Assembly (NCBI GenBank): GCA_038147995.1
Contig: JAYQUO010000007.1
Span: forward strand, 26,020-90,019
Length of the DNA stretch: 64,000 nucleotides
DNA from: Rhodobiaceae bacterium
Lineage (GTDB): Bacteria > Pseudomonadota > Alphaproteobacteria > RS24
Reading direction: 5' to 3'
Positions within the stretch are counted from its first letter, which is position 1. The number at the start of each line of letters is the position of its first letter. Under the pieces are notes generated by a model. It did not search any database. It was not told the DNA's origin and saw only the letters and a program-made list of their open reading frames with translations. Of this stretch, positions 12,218-19,753 are shown in pieces. The position numbers were made by a program, and so were the translations under genes.

Positions 12218-12616
12218 ATGGAGACGCAAGTGCAACTTTTACGCATGATTTTTACTTGGTGGCACAGCCAAACAATCGGAACTTGGTGGCATACGTTTAC
12301 GCGTGGTCAACTTATCGGGTCCGATATGCAAGGAAATACTTACTATCAAGATAAAAGCGGACGCTCGATTAATGGTAAGCCACGGCGTTGGGTCATTTAC
12401 AATGGCGATGTTGAAGCGAGCCGCGTGCCGCCCGAATGGCATGGTTGGTTGCACTACACGGTCGATGAACCACCGATGGCAGCCGATAGCAAACATCATG
12501 CTTGGCAACAAGAGCACCAAATTAACCTCACGGGAACATCAAAGGCGCATCAGCCACGCGGTACTGCCGATGCGGCCCGCTATCCCTCGGGTTACGACGC
12601 ATGGCGGCCTGAATAA
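12218..12616 (+). CDS. NDUFA12-like (B17.2) complex I accessory-subunit homologue
   Basis: Motifs GNTYYQ, RRWVIYNG and VPPEWHGWLHYTVDEPP are present. The start could also be the internal MIFTWWH. Confidence 0.8.
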   Translation: METQVQLLRMIFTWWHSQTIGTWWHTFTRGQLIGSDMQGNTYYQDKSGRSINGKPRRWVIYNGDVEASRVPPEWHGWLHYTVDEPPMAADSKHHAWQQEHQINLTGTSKAHQPRGTADAARYPSGYDAWRPE

Positions 12617-12617
12617 G

Positions 12618-13073
12618 ATGAAAGAAAATCTTGTCGAGACCCTCGTAGGTGCTTTCGTTCTCTTATTGGCTGTCGGCTTTTTGAGCTATGGCTATTCCGT
12701 TACAGAGCGAGATGTTGGTGATGGTATTGAGGTGGTGGCAAACTTTGACCGCGTCGATGGCTTAACCGTTGGTAGCGATGTGCGTCTATCGGGTGTTAAG
12801 GTCGGAACGGTAACCAATCTCGCTCTCGATCCAGCAAATTTCGCGGCGCGAGTGACCATGCAAATCAACAATATGATTGCCTTGCCCGATGACTCGAGCG
12901 CCAAAATTACCAGCGAAGGCTTGCTCGGTGGAAATTATATTTCCTTGACGCCAGGGGGCAGTGATCTGACGCTCGAGCAGGGAGGGGAAATTTTATTCAC
13001 CCAAGGCTCTGTCGATCTCATTAGCCTGATTAGTCAAGCAATGTTCAGCACGCAGGATAATGGTCAGAAATAA
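12618..13073 (+). CDS. mlaD: MlaD-like MCE-domain protein (single TM plus MCE domain)
   Basis: The ATG is 1 nt after the upstream stop. N-terminal TM LVGAFVLLLAVGFLSYGY is followed by an MCE-like beta domain (VRLSGVKVGTVT). The ORF-track start at 12303 lies inside the previous gene. Confidence 0.72.
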   Translation: MKENLVETLVGAFVLLLAVGFLSYGYSVTERDVGDGIEVVANFDRVDGLTVGSDVRLSGVKVGTVTNLALDPANFAARVTMQINNMIALPDDSSAKITSEGLLGGNYISLTPGGSDLTLEQGGEILFTQGSVDLISLISQAMFSTQDNGQK

Positions 13074-13584
13074 GCTTATCCGACTTTTTGTTACGCTGGT
13101 GCTCGGGATCGGCGGTAGCATGGGACAAGCTATCTCTCAATCGGAGGAGGTGCCGCTCTTGCGCGTGCCCGACCTTGACCTGCCCAGCGACACACCGATT
13201 CCACAGATTATCGAAGTTCCATTGATCGAAACACAGAAAGCCCCAGATTTAGATGACCTGCCGGATGACTTGATGGGAACCTTAAATATTCTAGATAAGG
13301 TGACGGCTCGGACGTCGGTCTTGAGCCTGCCGATTAATCAAGAAGTTCGGCTGAAAAATTTGATCCTCACCATGCGCTCGTGCAAAACGGCTCCACCCGA
13401 AGAAGAGCCTGAGACGACAATGTTCCTCGAGATTGCAGAAGACAAAGATGGTCTGGTGGAAAATATTTTTATGGGCTGGATGTTTGCATCAAGCCCTGGC
13501 ATCCATGCGCTTGAGCATCCGATTTATGACGTTTGGCCGTTGAGCTGTAAAACGTCGGACGGGCTGATATATTCGGGTAAGTAA
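13060..13584 (+). CDS. Exported DUF2155-like protein
   Basis: It overlaps the mlaD-like end by 14 nt, has a signal peptide, and is 174 aa. The family call is from memory of this conserved alphaproteobacterial neighbourhood. Confidence 0.55.
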   Translation: MVRNKLIRLFVTLVLGIGGSMGQAISQSEEVPLLRVPDLDLPSDTPIPQIIEVPLIETQKAPDLDDLPDDLMGTLNILDKVTARTSVLSLPINQEVRLKNLILTMRSCKTAPPEEEPETTMFLEIAEDKDGLVENIFMGWMFASSPGIHALEHPIYDVWPLSCKTSDGLIYSGK

Positions 13585-14180
13585 TCTATATCGCCAAATT
13601 TCTCGAGCGCATCTTGTAAAAAGCTGTGGTAACGCCCGCGCGGAACGTCAATGACACCAAACTGCGCCAGATGTTGAGTTTTGAACTGGCAATCGAGTAA
13701 GGTAAATCCACCAGCGCGCAATCGTGCCGTTAAATAGAATAAAGCGATCTTGCTGGCATCGGTCGCTGTTGAAAACATGCTTTCGCCAAAAAAAGCGCCC
13801 GCAAGACTGACCCCATAAAGCCCGCCAACCAATTCATCATCGTGCCAGCATTCAATGCTATGGGCGTGACCCGACTGGTGCAATCTAAGATACGAATAGA
13901 AAATAACGTCATTGATCCAGCTTTCGGGGCGGGTATTGCCGCCGCCGCGGCAAGCGCGGAGAACCCCGCGAAAATCCCTGTTCAGCGTGACGCAATACGG
14001 CTCTTGTTTGATGGTGCGTCGTAACCGCCGTGGGATGTGAATGTTATGAAGCGGGAGGACACCGCGCTCCTCGGGGTCGACCCAGAAGATCTCATCGCTC
14101 GATGCGCTGTCGGCCATCGGAAATATGCCGCCGGCATAGGCACCCAGCAAAATATCAGGTGGAATAAATGGTTTGCTCAC
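13524..14180 (-). CDS. aat: Leucyl/phenylalanyl-tRNA--protein transferase
   Basis: Motifs GIFPM, GGLYGVSLAGAFFGESMFS and DCQ are present. 218 aa. Confidence 0.88.
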   Translation of the reverse strand: MSKPFIPPDILLGAYAGGIFPMADSASSDEIFWVDPEERGVLPLHNIHIPRRLRRTIKQEPYCVTLNRDFRGVLRACRGGGNTRPESWINDVIFYSYLRLHQSGHAHSIECWHDDELVGGLYGVSLAGAFFGESMFSTATDASKIALFYLTARLRAGGFTLLDCQFKTQHLAQFGVIDVPRGRYHSFLQDALEKFGDIDYLPEYISPSDVLQLNGQTS

Positions 14181-14188
14181 GCTGAGCT

Positions 14189-15529
14189 CTAATCATCACT
14201 TAAAAAGTCTTCGAGCCAATGAATATCATAATTGGCGGCCCGAAAATCTTTGCTCGCCAGCAGTTTGGTGAAAAGCGGCAGAGTTGTCTCTACGCCGTCC
14301 ACCACAAATTCATTAATCGAGCGTTCAAGACGCTTCAGACAATGCTCGCGGTCTGTCCCATGAATAACCAATTTACCGATAAGGCTGTCGTAATTTGGTG
14401 GAATTTTATACCCCGAATAGACAGCGCTATCGATCCGAACCCCTAAGCCACCAGGTGGGTGGTAGGTGATGATTTGGCCCGGTGAGGGGATAAAGGTTTT
14501 GGGGTTCTCGGCATTGATCCGACATTCGATGGCGTGGCCCGTAAAGGTGATCTCGTCTTGCGTAAAACTCAGCTTGTGGCCTTCAGCAACCCGGATTTGC
14601 TCGCGCACCAAGTCAATGCCCGTAATCATCTCCGTGACAGGGTGTTCTACCTGCAGTCGGGTATTCATTTCGATGAAGTAGAATTCACCATTTTCGAAGA
14701 GGAACTCGACCGTTCCAACGCCACGATAGCCCATTCCTTCCATTGCTTTGACCACAATATCGCCAATCGTTTTACGTTGTGCGTCGGTTAAAATAACGGC
14801 GGGGGCTTCTTCCAACACTTTCTGATGGCGGCGTTGTAGGGAACAATCGCGCTCACCCAAATGAACTGCATTTCCGTGTGTGTCACAGGCCACTTGAATT
14901 TCGATGTGCCGAGGGTTGCTTAAATATTTTTCAATATAGACAGCGTCATCGCCAAATGCGGCGCGCGCCTCGCTACGGGCATTCTCAAAGGCCGCCTTAA
15001 TCTCGGACGCATCATGAGCGATTTTCATGCCGCGGCCGCCACCGCCGGCTGCGGCTTTGATCAATACGGGATAGCCCATATCTTTAGCGACTTTTTCTGC
15101 GGCTTTGATATCGGTCACGGCGCCATCCGAACCAGGCACCACCGGAATTCCAAGTTCGATGGCTTTTGCTTTTGCGGCGATTTTATCGCCCATAAGGCGG
15201 ATATGATCGGCGGTCGGGCCGATAAAGGTTATGCCGTGTTCTTCCAAAATATCGGCAAATTTGGCGTTTTCGGATAAGAAACCATATCCAGGATGTACGG
15301 CATCGGCGCCTGTAATTTCGCAGGCTGATATAATCGCGGGTATGGAGAGATAGCTATCGCTTGCAGGGGCTGGTCCAATGCAAACACTTTCATCGGCAAG
15401 CCGAACGTGCATGGCATTGGCATCTACGGTTGAGTGAACGGCGACACTGCCAATTCCCAGTTCGCGACAGGCACGAATGACCCGAAGTGCAATTTCCCCG
15501 CGATTGGCGATCAGGATTTTTTTAATCAT
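14189..15529 (-). CDS. accC: Acetyl-CoA carboxylase, biotin carboxylase subunit
   Basis: 446 aa with an ATP-grasp fold. It starts MIKKILIANRGEIALR and carries EMNTRLQVEHPVTE. Confidence 0.97.
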   Translation of the reverse strand: MIKKILIANRGEIALRVIRACRELGIGSVAVHSTVDANAMHVRLADESVCIGPAPASDSYLSIPAIISACEITGADAVHPGYGFLSENAKFADILEEHGITFIGPTADHIRLMGDKIAAKAKAIELGIPVVPGSDGAVTDIKAAEKVAKDMGYPVLIKAAAGGGGRGMKIAHDASEIKAAFENARSEARAAFGDDAVYIEKYLSNPRHIEIQVACDTHGNAVHLGERDCSLQRRHQKVLEEAPAVILTDAQRKTIGDIVVKAMEGMGYRGVGTVEFLFENGEFYFIEMNTRLQVEHPVTEMITGIDLVREQIRVAEGHKLSFTQDEITFTGHAIECRINAENPKTFIPSPGQIITYHPPGGLGVRIDSAVYSGYKIPPNYDSLIGKLVIHGTDREHCLKRLERSINEFVVDGVETTLPLFTKLLASKDFRAANYDIHWLEDFLSDD

Positions 15530-15531
15530 GG

Positions 15532-15990
15532 CTATTCAATGATGACCAGCGGTTCATCAAATTCGACGGGCTGCGCATTATGCACCAAAATGGATTTCAC
15601 CGTTCCAGCTTTTGGCGCCGCGACGGGGTTCATGGTTTTCATGGCTTCAATAATGAACAATGTTTGACCAGCGGATACCGTATCCCCCTCTTTGATGAAG
15701 GGGGGCGCATTGGGGTCTGGGGCCACATAAACGGTACCAACCATAGGAGACTTTACGGCATCGACCAGCGATACTGGCGCTGCCGCTTCGGCTGGTGGCG
15801 CGGCCGCCGCCGGCGCTTGTGTTGTGGGCGCCGGGACGCTAGGTGCGCTAACAACTGTAACTTGCTCGGCTCTGGCAACGCGAAGGCGCATACCTTCAAC
15901 CTCAACCTCAATTTCGGTTAAGTTGGCCTCGTTCAATATTTCAGCAAGTTCCCGAATGGTTTTGCTATCCGGATTGCGTGCCATGTGCAT
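15532..15990 (-). CDS. accB: Acetyl-CoA carboxylase, biotin carboxyl carrier protein
   Basis: It has an Ala/Pro-rich linker and the biotinylation motif EAMKTMN. It ends 2 nt before the accC start. Confidence 0.94.
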   Translation of the reverse strand: MHMARNPDSKTIRELAEILNEANLTEIEVEVEGMRLRVARAEQVTVVSAPSVPAPTTQAPAAAAPPAEAAAPVSLVDAVKSPMVGTVYVAPDPNAPPFIKEGDTVSAGQTLFIIEAMKTMNPVAAPKAGTVKSILVHNAQPVEFDEPLVIIE

Positions 15991-16006
15991 TCCCCTCGTT
16001 TTTTGT

Positions 16007-16453
16007 TCAGCTCTGGTTTTCTAATGATCTGCTGATCGCGTCAATCGCGACGATATAACCCTGCCAGCCTAAACCGCAAATGACCCCTTTGGCTAGCGCC
16101 GAAATATAGGAGTGGTGTCGGAAGCTTTCGCGGGCAAAAATATTTGACAAATGGACTTCATAAATCGAGCACTCACAAGCTTTTAGAGCGTCGTGCAAGG
16201 CGATCGAGGTGTGAGTATAGGCGCCAGCATTGATAATCAATCCTGCAGCGGCACCACGCGCGGCTTGAATCAGATCAACAAGCTTGCCCTCATCATTGCT
16301 TTGGCTGAAAACAAGCCCGAGGCCAAGTCCGTCGCAACGCTTTTGGCACGCGGCTTCGATATCGGCGAGCGTTTCGCGGCCATAAATCTCTGGTTCTCTT
16401 TGGCCCAAAAGATTTAGATTAGGGCCATTAATGATATGAATCTGCTGTGTCAT
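16007..16453 (-). CDS. aroQ: Type II 3-dehydroquinate dehydratase
   Basis: It carries [18 protein letters not shown]. The start is taken at MTQQIHI (16453). Confidence 0.93.
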   Translation of the reverse strand: MTQQIHIINGPNLNLLGQREPEIYGRETLADIEAACQKRCDGLGLGLVFSQSNDEGKLVDLIQAARGAAAGLIINAGAYTHTSIALHDALKACECSIYEVHLSNIFARESFRHHSYISALAKGVICGLGWQGYIVAIDAISRSLENQS

Positions 16454-16580
16454 AACATTTAATCTCGTCACTACATTCTTGTGCGTAAACGAGTTTTTAT
16501 GCCAAAGCAAGCCAAATGCCTAGCTTGATGCGCTTTAGAATACCCCTAATATAAGCGCTTGAAAAACACGGAGCGATGGC

Positions 16581-16787
16581 TTGAGCATTACGGTCGAGAT
16601 CAATGGTGAGGCGCGGCGGCTTGAAGGGCCTTTGTCGGTGGCGGCTTTACTGCATCTTTTAGACTTACCGCGCGAAAAAGTGGCGCTTGAGCGCAACCGT
16701 GAAATTGTGCCGCGTTCCTTCTATGACACCGTCATGATAGAAGAGGGCGACAGGCTAGAAATTGTTCATTTTATTGGTGGGGGTTGA
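16581..16787 (+). CDS. thiS: Sulfur-carrier protein ThiS
   Basis: 68 aa ending in the C-terminal GG. It uses a TTG start with GGAG 8 nt upstream and is followed directly by thiG. Confidence 0.8.
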   Translation: MSITVEINGEARRLEGPLSVAALLHLLDLPREKVALERNREIVPRSFYDTVMIEEGDRLEIVHFIGGG

Positions 16788-16788
16788 G

Positions 16789-17589
16789 GTGTCGGCAGTC
16801 GAACAGGACGAGAATGTATCGCATGATAGCTGGGAGATCGCTGGGCGTAAGTTTAGCTCACGCTTGATTATCGGAACGGGTAAATACAAAGATTATCAGC
16901 AAAATGCGGATGCCGCAGTTGCCGCTGGAGCTGAAATCGTGACGGTTGCTGTCAGGCGGGTGAATTTGAGCGATCCGAACTCGCCTATGCTCATCGATTA
17001 TATTGATCCCAAAAAATATGTATTTCTGCCCAATACAGCTGGCTGCTTTACAGGGGAAGACGCCGTTCGCACATTGCGTTTGGCGCGTGAAGCAGGCGGC
17101 TGGGATCTCGTTAAGCTGGAAGTTTTGGGAGATGAGAAAACGCTGTATCCCAATATGCCCGAAACCTTGCGGGCGGCTGAGTTGCTTATCAAGGATGGCT
17201 TCCAGGTTATGGTCTATTGCAGCGATGATCCCATTATGGCCAAGCGGCTCGAGGAAATTGGGTGTTGCGCTATCATGCCCTTGGCGGCGCCGATCGGTTC
17301 CGGTTTGGGGGTTCAAAACCCGATTAATATTCGCCTGATCATTGAGCAAGCCAATGTGCCGGTGCTGGTTGATGCTGGTGTTGGCACGGCATCGGATGCC
17401 GCTATTGCTATGGAATTAGGATGCGATGGCGTGTTGATGAACACGGCCATTGCAGAGGCTAAAAATCCGATTTTAATGGCTGAGGCGATGCGGCATGCCG
17501 TCATCGCAGGTCGTCAAGCCTATCTCGCGGGTCGTATGCCAAAACGGTTATACGCCGATCCGAGCTCGCCTCTGGCTGGGCTTATTTAG
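16789..17589 (+). CDS. thiG: Thiazole synthase
   Basis: It carries [17 protein letters not shown] and a TIM-barrel pattern. The start is uncertain. GTG 16789 is 1 nt after the thiS stop, and TTG 16762 is the alternative. Confidence 0.93.
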   Translation: MSAVEQDENVSHDSWEIAGRKFSSRLIIGTGKYKDYQQNADAAVAAGAEIVTVAVRRVNLSDPNSPMLIDYIDPKKYVFLPNTAGCFTGEDAVRTLRLAREAGGWDLVKLEVLGDEKTLYPNMPETLRAAELLIKDGFQVMVYCSDDPIMAKRLEEIGCCAIMPLAAPIGSGLGVQNPINIRLIIEQANVPVLVDAGVGTASDAAIAMELGCDGVLMNTAIAEAKNPILMAEAMRHAVIAGRQAYLAGRMPKRLYADPSSPLAGLI

Positions 17590-18343
17590 GTAATAATTTA
17601 GCTAACTCTTCGCCGCTGAGATAGCCTTCGTGCAGCTCGCCGTTGATGTAAAAAGACGGGGTGCCGCCGACACCGATCGCACTGGCAAGCTCATTATTAT
17701 CGCTGATGTGGCTTCGAATTTTTTCGTCTTTGCTCGCTGCTAGCGCCGTTGCCGCATTCACACCAGCGGCCTGTGCGGCCTCAACAATATCATTGGACGT
17801 CAGACGGCCAGACTTCTGCATCAGATAGGCGTGATAGGCCTTAAATTGCGATGGGTCTTTTATGGTCAATGCAAGTTGGGCAGCCTCGATCGAGGTTTCA
17901 GCGAGAATGGGAAGTTCTTTGAAAATAAATAATATATCTTGCCGTGTATCCAGGAGCTTTCGGATATCTGGATAGTTTTTGCGGCAATAGGAGCAGTTAT
18001 AGTCATAAAATTCGACGACGACATGTTTTGCATTTTTCGGGCCGATACGCATGTCGCGGGGGTCGTTGACCAATTTACCATGATTGCTTTTTAACACTTC
18101 TTTTTGTTTTTGGTCCGAGAGATCGCGATAATAATCTTGCATATTATCAAGCACCTGACCGAGTTTATCGGGGTGGCTCATCAGATAGTTTTCGATAATT
18201 TGTTCAATATTTTTTTGTTCTGCAGGCGTAATAACGTCATGCGCATGCGCTAAGAGGGGCAGGGTCAGCAAAAAACCAATAGCGAGTAGCGCAGTTTTAA
18301 CACGCAAAAAATTGGGCAGCTGACGGTGGCTAGTAAACAACAT
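17582..18343 (-). CDS. Periplasmic DsbA-family thiol:disulfide oxidoreductase
   Basis: It has a signal peptide, the CSYC (CxxC) motif in [11 protein letters not shown], and a thioredoxin-fold C-terminal part (GTPSFYING). Confidence 0.78.
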   Translation of the reverse strand: MLFTSHRQLPNFLRVKTALLAIGFLLTLPLLAHAHDVITPAEQKNIEQIIENYLMSHPDKLGQVLDNMQDYYRDLSDQKQKEVLKSNHGKLVNDPRDMRIGPKNAKHVVVEFYDYNCSYCRKNYPDIRKLLDTRQDILFIFKELPILAETSIEAAQLALTIKDPSQFKAYHAYLMQKSGRLTSNDIVEAAQAAGVNAATALAASKDEKIRSHISDNNELASAIGVGGTPSFYINGELHEGYLSGEELAKLLPK

Positions 18344-18349
18344 GAAATT

Positions 18350-19687
18350 TTACCTTTTTCCAAAAGAACTCGAAGCGATGTCCTGCGCTCGGGTGCGCTC
18401 GGGCTTGCCAGGGGGCAGTAGTTTAATCGCTCGCTGGGCATGCATAATGGCTTGCGGATCTTCCTGCGTTGCGTAAGCCTCTGCCAAGGCCCATTCTGCC
18501 ATACCGATATCCTCCACCTGACCATAGCTTTTTGAGAGTTGATGGTAGGCGGTTGGATTTCCTGGCTCAATACGTAATGCATCGCGCAATATTTTGATGG
18601 CCTCGCCAGACCTTTCTTTGGCGTTAACCTTTTGATCAGTCGCTAACAAGGCGGAGGCTAGTCCGATCATCAAGAGGGGTTCATTCGCTGCCAAACGATT
18701 GCTTTTTCGATAGGGCGCAATAGCGGCTTCGACGTCGCCAGACTCGTATAATATCTGACCCCGTAATTCATGAAACCACGGATTATCGGGCTGTTGTGTG
18801 ATTAGTTGATCGACTGCGTTTAATGCGTCCTCTGTGCGTGCGAGACGATGATAGGCAATCGCATGCGCGTAAAGTTGCATCGGGGAAGGCTCGCGATATT
18901 CGCGTAAGACTGATTGTGGGTGATCAATAAAGCCATTTAGTTTTGCTTTGGCCATGTCATGGCGGAATTGCAAATCCGGTGCATCGCGACGAGCAAAATA
19001 GGGCGAGTTGCTGCCGTTGGCTTGGTAAAAATTAACCCGATCGCGTGACATCGGGTGCGACCGAATATACGGGTCCTGGCGGACTTCACTCAATATTTCT
19101 TGGCCCGCAAAATGGTCCATCAAATCGATGATGCCTTGCGCCGATTGCTCCGTACCCTCGAGTAGGCGCAAAGCGACTTGATCGGCACTTGCCTCTTGCG
19201 CCCGGCTATATGTGAGAAAGCTTGCTTGTCCGAGCTGTTGCCCTCCCGTCAACAGTGCCATTCCGAGATCTGGTGATCCCGCTAAAATTGATCCCAAGCC
19301 CAAAATGGCGCCGATCAGCATGGGGCGGCTCGCCTTGGCCATTGCATCAGATGATCGCGCCAAATGCCCACCCACAATGTGCCCAATTTCGTGGGCGATA
19401 ACGCCAATAACAACATTAGGCGTATCGGCCTCAGTGATGAGGCCCGTAAAGAAATAAATATTTTGACCGTTAGCAACAAAGGCATTGATGTTGTTGTTCG
19501 AAATCACACCTATTTCGATGGCGCTTGGCTGCAAGCCAGCTTCGCGGAGCAACGGGTCAGTATAGTCGCGGAGCAGATGCTCTATCTCGGCATCGCGAAT
19601 AAAACCGCCCTGTGCCGCTGGCGCCACCCAAAATAGCGCCAGGACTGCACAAAAGGCCGCTCGGTATCTGCGAAATTTACCCACCAT
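18350..19687 (-). CDS. M48-family metalloprotease with C-terminal TPR repeats (BepA-like)
   Basis: It has a signal peptide, the HEIGH zinc motif (IAHEIGHIVGGH), and a TPR-like C-terminal half. Confidence 0.8.
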   Translation of the reverse strand: MVGKFRRYRAAFCAVLALFWVAPAAQGGFIRDAEIEHLLRDYTDPLLREAGLQPSAIEIGVISNNNINAFVANGQNIYFFTGLITEADTPNVVIGVIAHEIGHIVGGHLARSSDAMAKASRPMLIGAILGLGSILAGSPDLGMALLTGGQQLGQASFLTYSRAQEASADQVALRLLEGTEQSAQGIIDLMDHFAGQEILSEVRQDPYIRSHPMSRDRVNFYQANGSNSPYFARRDAPDLQFRHDMAKAKLNGFIDHPQSVLREYREPSPMQLYAHAIAYHRLARTEDALNAVDQLITQQPDNPWFHELRGQILYESGDVEAAIAPYRKSNRLAANEPLLMIGLASALLATDQKVNAKERSGEAIKILRDALRIEPGNPTAYHQLSKSYGQVEDIGMAEWALAEAYATQEDPQAIMHAQRAIKLLPPGKPERTRAQDIASSSFGKR

Positions 19688-19753
19688 TTAGGTCCCCAAT
19701 ATCTCCTAGATCAGAAGCTTAGCAGGGTTTGCGCTAAATGCGGCAAAAACATG

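Noticed and set aside
12303-12617. The ORF track extends many genes at the 5' end. Examples are 12303 for mlaD-like, 1818..2552 purN, 56032 for the TPR gene, 40431 sufC, 41209 sufD, 50678..52000 thiolase, 22440 amidase, 37380 iscR and 16007..16510 aroQ.
   Set aside because: The extensions run into the preceding gene or lack an RBS. Internal starts give conserved N termini, signal peptides or classic stop/start coupling. I trimmed the coordinates accordingly and did not count the overlaps as unusual.
16454-16580. I looked for a TPP (THI-box) riboswitch upstream of thiS-thiG. I also noted a weak hairpin plus T-run (ctcgt..acgag ttttt, about 16464-16498).
   Set aside because: The conserved THI-box cores (CTGAGA, ACCTGATCTGGATAATGCCAGCG-like) are absent by eye. 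The hairpin has only a 5-bp stem with a 20-nt loop. A covariance-model scan would settle this.
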